A DNA stretch of 43,085 nt, from IMG/VR virus record IMGVR_UViG_3300006201_000477; one strand, 5' to 3'. The translations under genes and the position numbers were made by a program. Positions within the stretch are counted from its first letter, which is position 1, and the number at the start of each line of letters is the position of its first letter. The notes under the pieces are model-generated. The model ran no database searches. It was not told where the DNA came from and saw nothing but the letters and a program-made list of their open reading frames with translations. Shown piece after piece: positions 1-7,807 of this stretch. Source of the DNA: a virus.

Positions 1-22
1 ATGTAATTCCTCCTAAATTACT
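1..22. repeat. Terminal direct repeat; identical to 43064..43085
   Basis: ATGTAATTCCTCCTAAATTACT occurs at both window ends. A near copy lies at 591..612. Confidence 0.9.
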
Positions 23-123
23 TTTATCTTATTTTTCTAGCTTTATAATTTCTTGTTCTAGCATTGGCTTCCCTCCTTTTTTATGGTAAAATAAAGTATT
101 ATTATATTTATCTTCATTTTACC

Positions 124-173
124 GATTCAAATTGAATCTCTTTTACTTTTATTATAGTGATTCATTTTGAATC
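124..173 (+). promoter_or_regulatory. Cassette A control region: two GATTCA-N3-TGAATC palindromes flanking a TATAGT -10
   Basis: GATTCAaatTGAATC at 124..138 and GATTCAtttTGAATC at 159..173. TATAGT is at 153..158, upstream of the 198 start. Confidence 0.55.
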
Positions 174-197
174 TGTCAAGTATTTTTAGGAGGACAT

Positions 198-428
198 ATG
201 AAATTCCATGAACGCTTACGTGAACTTCGCCAAAATTCTTCTCTCATGCAAAAAGAAATTGCTGAATCTATAGGGGTATCCATTATCACCCTTCGACAAT
301 ATGAGCAGGGAAAACGTGAACCAAATATTGAAAAATTATTGAAACTAGCTATAATATTTGATGTATCCTTGGACGATTTATTATGTTTGGAAGATTTTAA
401 AAATTCTCTCTCAAATTCCTCTGATTGA
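198..428 (+). CDS. XRE-family HTH regulator (cassette A, plus-strand partner)
   Basis: 76 aa, with AGGAGGA at 188..194. HTH core is QKEIAESIGVSIITLRQYEQGKREP. Paralog of 737..973 and 42675..42911. Confidence 0.85.
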   Translation: MKFHERLRELRQNSSLMQKEIAESIGVSIITLRQYEQGKREPNIEKLLKLAIIFDVSLDDLLCLEDFKNSLSNSSD

Positions 429-588
429 TATGAAATAAATCTTCTAATGCATCCCATATCTTAATCGATCCAATACGTTTACCAGATTCAATTTGTCTAT
501 AACCTATTTCACTTATCTTTAAATGATCTGCAACCTCTTTCTGCGTCATGCCCGCCTTCTGGCGGGCTTCTTTCAAGTTCTTTCTCAT
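397..588 (-). CDS. XRE-family HTH regulator (cassette A, minus-strand partner)
   Basis: 63 aa, starting MRKNLKEARQKAGMTQKEVADHL. Its 3' end overlaps 198..428 by 32 nt. Paralog of 933..1124 and 42832..43062. Confidence 0.85.
   Translation of the reverse strand: MRKNLKEARQKAGMTQKEVADHLKISEIGYRQIESGKRIGSIKIWDALEDLFHINQRNLRENF
550..567 (+). terminator. GC hairpin (GCCCGCC-TTCT-GGCGGGC) followed by TTCTTTC; plus-strand-specific terminator candidate inside the minus-strand CDS
   Basis: A perfect 7-bp GC stem in an AT-rich genome. A U-rich tail follows only on the plus strand. The same stem recurs at 1086..1103 and 43024..43041. Confidence 0.5.
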
Positions 589-656
589 AACATAAATTCC
601 TCCTAAATTAACTATCCTTTTTTCTTATTACCTCCTTTACATGTTCAATTAATACG

Positions 657-671
657 CGTGCACATTGCACG
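657..671 (+). promoter_or_regulatory. Cassette B operator candidate CGTGCA-N3-TGCACG
   Basis: Perfect 6-N3-6 palindrome upstream of TATAAT at 685..690. A degenerate second copy, CGTACAattTGAGCA, follows the -10. Confidence 0.45.
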
Positions 672-736
672 TTTATTATATCTATATAATAGCGTACAAT
701 TTGAGCATAGTCAAGTATTTTTTAGGAGGAAATAAA

Positions 737-973
737 ATGTTCGGTAAAAGGCTTCGCTCTATGCGTATGAAACGTAATTTTACTCAGCCACAACTAGCAG
801 ACATGCTTGATATTGCATTGCGCACATATCAAGGATACGAAGGAGAAACTCGTTCTCCCTCTTTCGATACTCTCATTAAAATGGCGGACATATTAGATGT
901 CTCTCTTGATTATCTCTTAGGAAGAGATGACTTCATGAAAGCTCACGCAATATCCTTTGATGAATACCTGTAA
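737..973 (+). CDS. XRE-family HTH regulator (cassette B, plus-strand partner)
   Basis: ATG at 737 is preceded by AGGAGGA at 724..730. The track ORF start at 665 is an unlikely N-terminal extension. HTH core is QPQLADMLDIALRTYQGYEGETRSP. Confidence 0.85.
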   Translation: MFGKRLRSMRMKRNFTQPQLADMLDIALRTYQGYEGETRSPSFDTLIKMADILDVSLDYLLGRDDFMKAHAISFDEYL

Positions 974-1124
974 TATCTTCCAAAGTATCCCAAATTACAA
1001 AATCCCCTGTTCTTTCTCCTGCCTCAATATTTTGATAATATCTGAGGCTTATCTCTAATTTATCTGCCATATTCTGTTGTGTCATGCCCGCCCTCTGGCG
1101 GGCTTCTTTCAGGTTCTTTCTCAT
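933..1124 (-). CDS. XRE-family HTH regulator (cassette B, minus-strand partner)
   Basis: 63 aa, starting MRKNLKEARQRAGMTQQNMADKL. Overlaps 737..973 by 41 nt. Confidence 0.85.
   Translation of the reverse strand: MRKNLKEARQRAGMTQQNMADKLEISLRYYQNIEAGERTGDFVIWDTLEDITGIHQRILRELS
1086..1103 (+). terminator. GC hairpin (GCCCGCC-CTCT-GGCGGGC) followed by TTCTTTC; cassette B copy
   Basis: Same stem as 550..567. The loop differs by one base. Confidence 0.5.
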
Positions 1125-1146
1125 ACCACTCCCTCCCTTCCCTCTA

Positions 1147-1833
1147 TCACCCTAAATATGCTAACGCACTTACTACTTGCAGCCGCTTTTTGCAATCCTG
1201 ATATATGTTCTTGTAATTCTTCCCTTCCATGATCCCATCATTAATTACGCATAAAATAACATGTTCTAGCAATGACAAGTTATTAATCTGTGTTATGGTT
1301 GCTTCCTCTCTGTTAGAAATGCCTGCCATCTTGTTTGCAAGTTTAGAATATGTCATATATAGCTTGTCAGAATGAGTACTTCCCTGTCCCTTGGCATATT
1401 CCACCAGCCTTTGAATGGTGTCTGTTTCTGCCCGCCTGGTAAGCTTTCCTTCTCTTCTGCTTTCTTCCCATGCCAAAGTTGACCTTTCTCTTATGATGGA
1501 TTCCATTTCGTTAAAAGCTTCAATATACTTCCATTTCCATTCAAGGGCTTTCTTTCCTGTAAAACCCATCGCTAAAATAGAAAATCCATCACGATTCATT
1601 TCATACATTTTATTGAACTTTCCAGAACTGTCTTTATATGATTTTTCTTTGAATGACTGACCCCATTTTTGGGGTGAGCTATCATTTTTAATCTGTTCAA
1701 TTGCTCTCAATACCCTGTCATGCCGCTTTCCAAACTTCTCTGCTACCTGTAAGCTGTCACAAACAGCCTCATCATTTTTTAGATAAACTAACCCTTCTAT
1801 AATTTCATCTCCTTTACACAAAATTTTTTCCAT
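1147..1833 (-). CDS. Rha-family phage regulatory protein / antirepressor
   Basis: The N-terminus VAEKFGKRHDRVLRAIEQI matches the Rha signature. The C-terminal part resembles ORF6C/Ant-type domains. Confidence 0.75.
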   Translation of the reverse strand: MEKILCKGDEIIEGLVYLKNDEAVCDSLQVAEKFGKRHDRVLRAIEQIKNDSSPQKWGQSFKEKSYKDSSGKFNKMYEMNRDGFSILAMGFTGKKALEWKWKYIEAFNEMESIIRERSTLAWEESRREGKLTRRAETDTIQRLVEYAKGQGSTHSDKLYMTYSKLANKMAGISNREEATITQINNLSLLEHVILCVINDGIMEGKNYKNIYQDCKKRLQVVSALAYLG

Positions 1834-1970
1834 ACTGCTTCTCTACAAAGGCTTTACAGGTATCACTTACTTTCCCCTACAGGAATGCCTGTTATTTCTG
1901 TGAACTTATTAGCATAAATGCAATAGGACCATTTAATGATTTTATTAGCCTTCATCCATTGGAAGAAATG

Positions 1971-2204
1971 TCATTTGACATCACTTTTAGCGGAATCCGA
2001 TTCATTGAGTCTCGCCGGGAATGACAACAGTACTTTGTATTCACGCCGGATAACATCAAATGTACACGAAAGGTACGGCACAATATCCGCGCTTTTCATT
2101 TGCCCAAGTTCGTCAAAAAGCATTTCTGTAAACAAAGTTTGATGCTCCAAAGGGCTCCTTGCAATCTGGCTTGCTTCATACGACATTTGCATTATATCTC
2201 TCAT
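1971..2204 (-). CDS. Hypothetical early protein
   Basis: 77-aa ORF in the early-operon orientation. No motif recognised. Confidence 0.4.
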   Translation of the reverse strand: MRDIMQMSYEASQIARSPLEHQTLFTEMLFDELGQMKSADIVPYLSCTFDVIRREYKVLLSFPARLNESDSAKSDVK

Positions 2205-2387
2205 TTTCCTTTACCTCCCTTTTATACTGGCTCCTACGACTCTTTCTCTGAAAATCTCCTTTATATTCCAATCATCGGAACACTCTCAGAAAACAATTGT
2301 GACAAACATTGATTTTGATGAAGAATTGCTATTTACGAGTACAACAAGGCAGCACAGGCACTTAACGATACCGAAGAAAGCACTGGT

Positions 2388-2570
2388 TCAGAACTTTTCT
2401 AAACCGCCTGTCATTTCTGTGAGCATAGCTCTGGCAACCACTATATCCCTTAGCACTTTTGCCAGAGCTATGACTTTCTCTGTACTGCGCCCATTCATTT
2501 CCTTGCATATCAACTCTATAGCATTGTCTATCCCGTTTAAAGTTTCATTACTTACATGACATCTGAACAT
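2388..2570 (-). CDS. Hypothetical early protein
   Basis: 60-aa ORF co-oriented with the early operon. Confidence 0.4.
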   Translation of the reverse strand: MFRCHVSNETLNGIDNAIELICKEMNGRSTEKVIALAKVLRDIVVARAMLTEMTGGLEKF

Positions 2571-2674
2571 GTTCTCACCTCCTAGTTGCAGTTTTCCTAT
2601 TACTTTCCTCTTTCTGTTGGTAACTTACATTATTCGTTGTTCATGTCCGTTTTCGGTCATTTCAAATCAAAAAA

Positions 2675-2884
2675 TTACACTTTTATATTTTCAATACCAA
2701 CACCAACTTTATCACAAATTCGAACAATTTCAGAAAACCCCGCACTACCAATATTTTTTTCGTATCTACGATATGTAGTATACGGAATACCAACAAACTT
2801 GGCAAACTTTTCTTGGGTCATTCCTGCTATTGCTCGTACCTCTGCAAGTGTTACTTTTCCTGTTATTTGTATATTTTTATTCAT
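2675..2884 (-). CDS. Cro-like XRE HTH regulator
   Basis: 69 aa with HTH core MTQEKFAKFVGIPYTTYRRYEKN. Divergent from the CI-like gene. Confidence 0.8.
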   Translation of the reverse strand: MNKNIQITGKVTLAEVRAIAGMTQEKFAKFVGIPYTTYRRYEKNIGSAGFSEIVRICDKVGVGIENIKV

Positions 2885-2905
2885 TTTTTCACCTCACTTT
2901 CCTTA

Positions 2906-3019
2906 TGTCCATTTTCGGTCATATTATTATATTATCATCTATTTTATAATGTGTCAACCCAAAAACGGTCAAATATTTAAAAAATAAATATTGCAATCTG
3001 TCCATTTTTGGATTATAAT
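2906..3019. promoter_or_regulatory. Lysogeny/lysis switch: back-to-back divergent promoters with operator repeats
   Basis: Plus strand: TTGCAA at 2991..2996, a 17-nt spacer, TATAAT at 3014..3019. Minus strand: TTGACA (complement of 2952..2957), a 17-nt spacer, TAATAT (complement of 2929..2934). Operator-like sites: TGTCCATTTTCGGTCA at 2906..2921, TGACCGTTTTTGGG (complement of 2958..2971) and TGTCCATTTTTGGA at 2999..3012. Confidence 0.65.
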
Positions 3020-3046
3020 ATTAACATACAAATATGGAGGATATTA

Positions 3047-3469
3047 ATGACAGAATCAGACCTTGAATTATATGGAATCGTAGGAAAAATGTTTCGTGAA
3101 ATACGCGAAAGCAATGGTCATACACTGGAATATGTATCTAATTTTTTAGGAATTGCTCCAAAATCCTTGCAACGTTACGAATGTGGAGAGAGAAAAATAA
3201 AAGTAGAAACAATAAAATCTCTTTGTGAATTTTATAACATAAATTGTTCTTCTTTTATGAAAGAAGCCAAAACACGTTTTATTGCTGGTATTCAATCAGA
3301 ACACAAGGAAAATAATACCACAAAAGACCTAACAAATGATAAACGATTGCAAGAAATTATTGATTGCTATTATAATATGTCAGAAGAAGGAAGAGACCTT
3401 TTGTCAAAACAAGCAAAATTTTATTTAAGTGAATATAAAATAACAAAAATAGACGAAAGGGCAATGTAA
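3047..3469 (+). CDS. CI-like XRE repressor
   Basis: ATG at 3047 follows GGAGG at 3036..3040. N-terminal HTH (LEYVSNFLGIAPKSLQRYECGERK) plus a C-terminal extension. Confidence 0.8.
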   Translation: MTESDLELYGIVGKMFREIRESNGHTLEYVSNFLGIAPKSLQRYECGERKIKVETIKSLCEFYNINCSSFMKEAKTRFIAGIQSEHKENNTTKDLTNDKRLQEIIDCYYNMSEEGRDLLSKQAKFYLSEYKITKIDERAM

Positions 3470-3610
3470 TATTCCCTTCTATATGGCACAAAAGGTAATA
3501 TTATCGGTGGCGGGATTATTGAATATACAAAAACTTATAACGAAGTTATAGGCTAAAAATAATTAGATCGCTTTAGCGTTTTAATAAATATACTTCCAGG
3601 AGGAAATTAC

Positions 3611-4258
3611 ATGAAAAAATCTATTTTACTACTTACAACAATTGTGTCTCTTATTCTAGCAGGTTGTTCTTCGCCAGCTTCTACTCCAGTTGACAATTCT
3701 GCAGAACTAAAAAATCTTCAAGCACAATTAAAAACACTTCAGGCAGAAAATGAATCTCTAAAAGCACAACTTAATGAAATATCAGAAACTACACCAGAAG
3801 AAACAGTAGCACCTCAACAGGGGGTTTCCATTTCTGTAGGTGATACTATTTCTACAGATAACATAGAAATAACAATCAATAAAGTAGAATTAACCTATGA
3901 TGTATTGCCTGATGATACTTCTGGCTTTTACACACATTATGCAGCTGATCCAGGAAATGTTTATATCCATTTAGATGTAGATGTAAAAAACCTCGGAAAA
4001 CAAAATTTAAGTTGTGATAGACTTTTATCTGCTACAGCTGATTATAATAATGGTTACACCTATTCCAGTTTTGCAGCCCCGGAAGATGCTACTACTGGAT
4101 TTACATATGCAAATATTTCTTCTATAAAACCTTTAGAAACCCGTGGTATTCACTATATTTTCAAATGTCCACAAGAAGTAGAAGAAAGTACTAGTCCTCT
4201 ATTTATAACTATAGAACCATCTGATTCTAAAGATAATTATATTTTAACAATCCGATAA
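3611..4258 (+). CDS. Lipoprotein, DUF4352-like
   Basis: Signal peptide with a lipobox (LILAGC), a coiled-coil linker, then a beta-rich domain typical of DUF4352. AGGAGG lies upstream. Confidence 0.75.
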   Translation: MKKSILLLTTIVSLILAGCSSPASTPVDNSAELKNLQAQLKTLQAENESLKAQLNEISETTPEETVAPQQGVSISVGDTISTDNIEITINKVELTYDVLPDDTSGFYTHYAADPGNVYIHLDVDVKNLGKQNLSCDRLLSATADYNNGYTYSSFAAPEDATTGFTYANISSIKPLETRGIHYIFKCPQEVEESTSPLFITIEPSDSKDNYILTIR

Positions 4259-4284
4259 TAAGGAACTTTATATGCTTGATTTTT

Positions 4285-4330
4285 TTAAGGAAGCCCAGAA
4301 TTGATATTAAAATCTAACCGGCTTCCTTAA
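4285..4330 (+). terminator. Long-loop hairpin after the lipoprotein gene
   Basis: TTAAGGAAGCC at 4285..4295 pairs with GGCTTCCTTAA at 4320..4330. There is no clear U-tract. Confidence 0.3.
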
Positions 4331-4455
4331 ATGTCTAAAGAATTCTTTATTTTATACAAAATACAAATTAAAATTATAGAAATGTAGAACAACAAAATTC
4401 TATTTGAAAAATCTAACTTATGATAAACCATGATAATTACAAAAGGAAGTGTACT

Positions 4456-5082
4456 ATGGGATTTCATTTTAAAAAAAGTATTAAAATTGCACCTAGTATA
4501 AAATTAAACTCTAATCAATACTCACTAGCACAGAAGAATTTAAAAAATGTCAAAACACCCAAATATCCTTTCCTTATTACTGGAATTATATGCTTCTGGG
4601 TGTGTTTTCTTGTTGCTTGTGGAACAAATAATATGAGTACTAATACTACTTCAACACCTCAAACAACAACTCTTTCTGAAACAGAAACAATAAAAGAGAC
4701 AAATAGTATTCTTACAATGTATACAACTGCTGCCCTCAACGTAAGAAGTGGTCCTGGTACAGATTATTCTATACTGACAACATTACCTACTGGCTCTGCA
4801 GTAAATATTATTGACAAACAAGACGACTGGAGCGAAATAGAATATAATTCCGAATCTGCATATGTTTTTACTAAATATTTATCTGATTCCAACACAGTAG
4901 AAGTTGCCAGTGAAGCCCCATCTGAAACAGAAAAAAGTGCCCCTGTTACAATGGTATGGATACCATATTCCGGTTCAAAATACCATCGTAGGCAATCATG
5001 CAGTGGTATGAAAGGACCCTCTCAAGTATCATTAGAAGAAGCAATTAGAAGAGGATATTCTCCTTGTAAAAAATGTTATTAA
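4456..5082 (+). CDS. Membrane-anchored SH3b-domain protein with DUF4236-like N-terminus and C-terminal Cys/His motif
   Basis: MGFHFKKSIKIAP resembles the DUF4236 start. One TM segment follows. The SH3b-like region is LNVRSGPGTDYSILTTLPTGSAVNI. The C-terminus reads YHRRQSCSGM...SPCKKCY. Confidence 0.65.
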   Translation: MGFHFKKSIKIAPSIKLNSNQYSLAQKNLKNVKTPKYPFLITGIICFWVCFLVACGTNNMSTNTTSTPQTTTLSETETIKETNSILTMYTTAALNVRSGPGTDYSILTTLPTGSAVNIIDKQDDWSEIEYNSESAYVFTKYLSDSNTVEVASEAPSETEKSAPVTMVWIPYSGSKYHRRQSCSGMKGPSQVSLEEAIRRGYSPCKKCY

Positions 5083-5134
5083 CTTTAAAACTATACTCTA
5101 AACTTAGAAAAATAATTAATGAGAAGAGAAAATT

Positions 5135-6106
5135 ATGTATAAAATAGAAGAAAAATTGCTTGAAAAATCTAAGGAAGCGTTTTGCCTCGCAATAGAATTA
5201 TATAACAAGCCAACAATAAAATACCGTTTAGAAGGATTCAGCCATTTTATTTGTAACGCTTGGGAATTAATGTTAAAATCATATATGATAAAACTTTGTG
5301 GTGACAGTAGCATATACTATAAAGATAATCCTCAAAGAACTTTATCATTAGAAAATTGTGTACAAAAAGTATTTACCAATAATAAAGATCCTTTACGAAT
5401 TAATCTGGAAAAAATTATTGAATTACGTAATACAAGTACACATTTCATTACGGAAGAATATGAAATGGTATATATTCCTTTGTTCCAAGCATGTGTGTTT
5501 AACTTTAATGAAAAAATGATGGCATTTCACAACATTGACATGACAAATATTATCCCACAAAACTTTTTAACGTTATCTGTTAGTATGAAAGCTCTTGATG
5601 AAGCTGAAATAATAGCTAAATATCCAGAGCCTATTGCCACTCATTTGATCGATCTCAAAAATTCTGTTGATCATTTATCCATTAATAATAATGCAAAATT
5701 TGCAATAAGAATAGACCATTATCATTACATTACTAAAAACAAAGATAAAGCCACCAATATTGTACATTTTGACAAAAATGCCGACTCTGGCATAACGATT
5801 GTAAAGGAACTTCAAGATCCAAATAATACACATAAATATACTGCTAAATCTTGTATTTCTACTATTAAAGAAAGATTACAGAGAAAACATATTGAACTTA
5901 TATACAATGGAAAATCAACCAAATTTACAAGCTTTCACTTTATCAATTTTTGTAAATACTATCATTTAAAAGAAAATGAAAAACTATGTTATATTCATAA
6001 ACAATTTTCAACTCCACAATATTCATATTCACAGCAAATGATTGATTTTATAATAGATGAAATTATAAAAGATCCTGTAAACATACTGGATAACATAAAA
6101 AAATAA
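5135..6106 (+). CDS. DUF3644-like protein (accessory, possible defence-related)
   Basis: The N-terminus LEKSKEAFCLAIELYNKPTIKYRLEGFSHFICNAWELMLKSYMI resembles the DUF3644 signature. Confidence 0.55.
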   Translation: MYKIEEKLLEKSKEAFCLAIELYNKPTIKYRLEGFSHFICNAWELMLKSYMIKLCGDSSIYYKDNPQRTLSLENCVQKVFTNNKDPLRINLEKIIELRNTSTHFITEEYEMVYIPLFQACVFNFNEKMMAFHNIDMTNIIPQNFLTLSVSMKALDEAEIIAKYPEPIATHLIDLKNSVDHLSINNNAKFAIRIDHYHYITKNKDKATNIVHFDKNADSGITIVKELQDPNNTHKYTAKSCISTIKERLQRKHIELIYNGKSTKFTSFHFINFCKYYHLKENEKLCYIHKQFSTPQYSYSQQMIDFIIDEIIKDPVNILDNIKK

Positions 6107-6319
6107 GCTAACCCCAGGGGCAAAGGATTCTAAGCTTTATAGCCTACTCCTATTCAGGAACCCAGCCTTATCCTTCACGAGCTAACTTATTTATATTATA
6201 ATAATATGCCATATATTTGTCAATATATGTATCAAAATTTATAAATAAAAAGTTACCATGGCAACCCACTTTTTATAATAGAAAATATCGGACTGAAAAA
6301 AAAGAAAAAGGAGGTTCAT

Positions 6320-7795
6320 ATGAAAAATGGTGCCCTATACATTCGCGTCAGCACTCATATGCAGGATGAGCTTTCCCCTGACGCCCAAAAACGGCTCCTT
6401 CTTGATTACGCCAAAGCAAACCATATTATTGTATCTGAAGATTATATCTTTGAAGAAAAAGGGATTTCTGGGAAAAAAGCTGATAAGAGGCCGCAATTCC
6501 AGCAGATGATTGCTCTTGCCAAAACAAAGCCCACTCCCTTTGATATTATTTTAGTATGGAAATTCTCACGCTTTGCCAGGAACCAAGAAGAATCTATTGT
6601 ATATAAATCTTTGTTAAAGAAACAAGGCGTTGAAGTCCTAAGTGTAAGTGAGCCTGTAGCAGAAGGCCCTTTTGGGAGCTTAATTGAACGTATTATTGAA
6701 TGGATGGATGAATATTACTCTATCCGCCTCTCTGGCGAAGTTATGCGGGGCATGACAGAAAAAGCCCTGCGGGGTGGCTATCAGGCAAGCCCGCCACTTG
6801 GATACCGCATGGACATTCCCAAAAAACCACCTGTTATTGTACCTGAAGAAGCTGCTGCCATCCGTTATATTTTTGATGCCTATGCTAACCAGAACAAAGG
6901 AATCTTTGAGATAGCACGCGCTTTAAATGAAATGGGTTATGAAACGCAACGCCACAAACCATTTGAACGCCGTTCTGTAGAATACATACTTCAAAATCCT
7001 ATGTACTGTGGCTTGCTTAGATGGAATAGACATTGTAATGAGACAAATGAGATTAAAGATGAATCTGAATGGATTATCCGAAAAGGGGAACATCAGGCAA
7101 TTATTTCCGAGAATTTATTTAATAAAGCCCAAGAACGTTATTATACTGAATACAAGCCAAAAGGGGCAAGGCCTTCTAGCACTTATAAACATTGGCTATC
7201 TGGCCTTGTAAAATGCCCTGCCTGTGGCCGTACCATGATTGCTAAAGCAGTAAAATCTTCAGGAAGAATCCTATTCTATTTTACTTGTTATGGATATAGT
7301 AAAGGAAAATGTGCCGCCAAAACTTCAGTTGCTGCTACTAAGTTAGAGCCTGCTGTGCTCTCTTCTATCCAAGAAGCCTTCCAGGCAGAAACCTTTTCCT
7401 ATAGCAATCTTATCTCCCCTAGGCAGCCTGAATCTACTTCTGCAGAACAAAAACGTATTAACGATTTAATCCACAGAGTTACTTTTAAGGAACAGCGTGC
7501 CCGTGACGCATATATCAATGGTATTGATACTATGGAAGAATATAAAAAGAACAAGCTTCGGTTACAGGAAGAACGGCAGCGGCTAGAAGAAAAACTTGCC
7601 CTTCTCTCTCCTATTAAGCCGAATCTTTCCCCTTCAGAAGTAAAGCAGCTAATGCAAAAACGCTTGAAAAGTGTCTATGATGTGCTTCTATCTAATGCTG
7701 ATATTCCCACGAAAAACTCTACGCTCAAAAATGTAGTAGAAAAGATTATCTATAATAAAGAAACAGATACGGTAAAGCTCTATTACTATTCTTAA
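6320..7795 (+). CDS. Large serine recombinase (integrase)
   Basis: Resolvase catalytic N-terminus (ALYIRVSTHMQ). A recombinase domain follows, then a Cys zinc ribbon (CPACGR...CYGYSKGKC) and a C-terminal coiled coil. Confidence 0.95.
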   Translation: MKNGALYIRVSTHMQDELSPDAQKRLLLDYAKANHIIVSEDYIFEEKGISGKKADKRPQFQQMIALAKTKPTPFDIILVWKFSRFARNQEESIVYKSLLKKQGVEVLSVSEPVAEGPFGSLIERIIEWMDEYYSIRLSGEVMRGMTEKALRGGYQASPPLGYRMDIPKKPPVIVPEEAAAIRYIFDAYANQNKGIFEIARALNEMGYETQRHKPFERRSVEYILQNPMYCGLLRWNRHCNETNEIKDESEWIIRKGEHQAIISENLFNKAQERYYTEYKPKGARPSSTYKHWLSGLVKCPACGRTMIAKAVKSSGRILFYFTCYGYSKGKCAAKTSVAATKLEPAVLSSIQEAFQAETFSYSNLISPRQPESTSAEQKRINDLIHRVTFKEQRARDAYINGIDTMEEYKKNKLRLQEERQRLEEKLALLSPIKPNLSPSEVKQLMQKRLKSVYDVLLSNADIPTKNSTLKNVVEKIIYNKETDTVKLYYYS

Positions 7796-7807
7796 TTTTT
7801 TTCTTTA

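Noticed and set aside
1-22. The terminal 22-nt direct repeats as attL/attR cores of an integrated prophage
   Set aside because: The recombinase is a serine integrase, which leaves only a ~2-bp core. It lies internally between the lysis and lysogeny modules. No host genes flank the ends, and the repeat is part of a phage gene RBS.
665-736. N-terminal extensions in the ORF track (665..736, 3008..3046, 4420..4455, 16932..16997, 24036..24092, 18692..18712, 13815..13835, 28805-series 29402..29437)
   Set aside because: Internal ATG codons with proper Shine-Dalgarno spacing, and family-typical N-termini, indicate shorter true CDSs. Several track starts are GTG or TTG.
6107-6319. The int-upstream region as the definite attP
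   Set aside because: Only weak imperfect repeats are present. The site cannot be assigned without an integrated copy or an attB.
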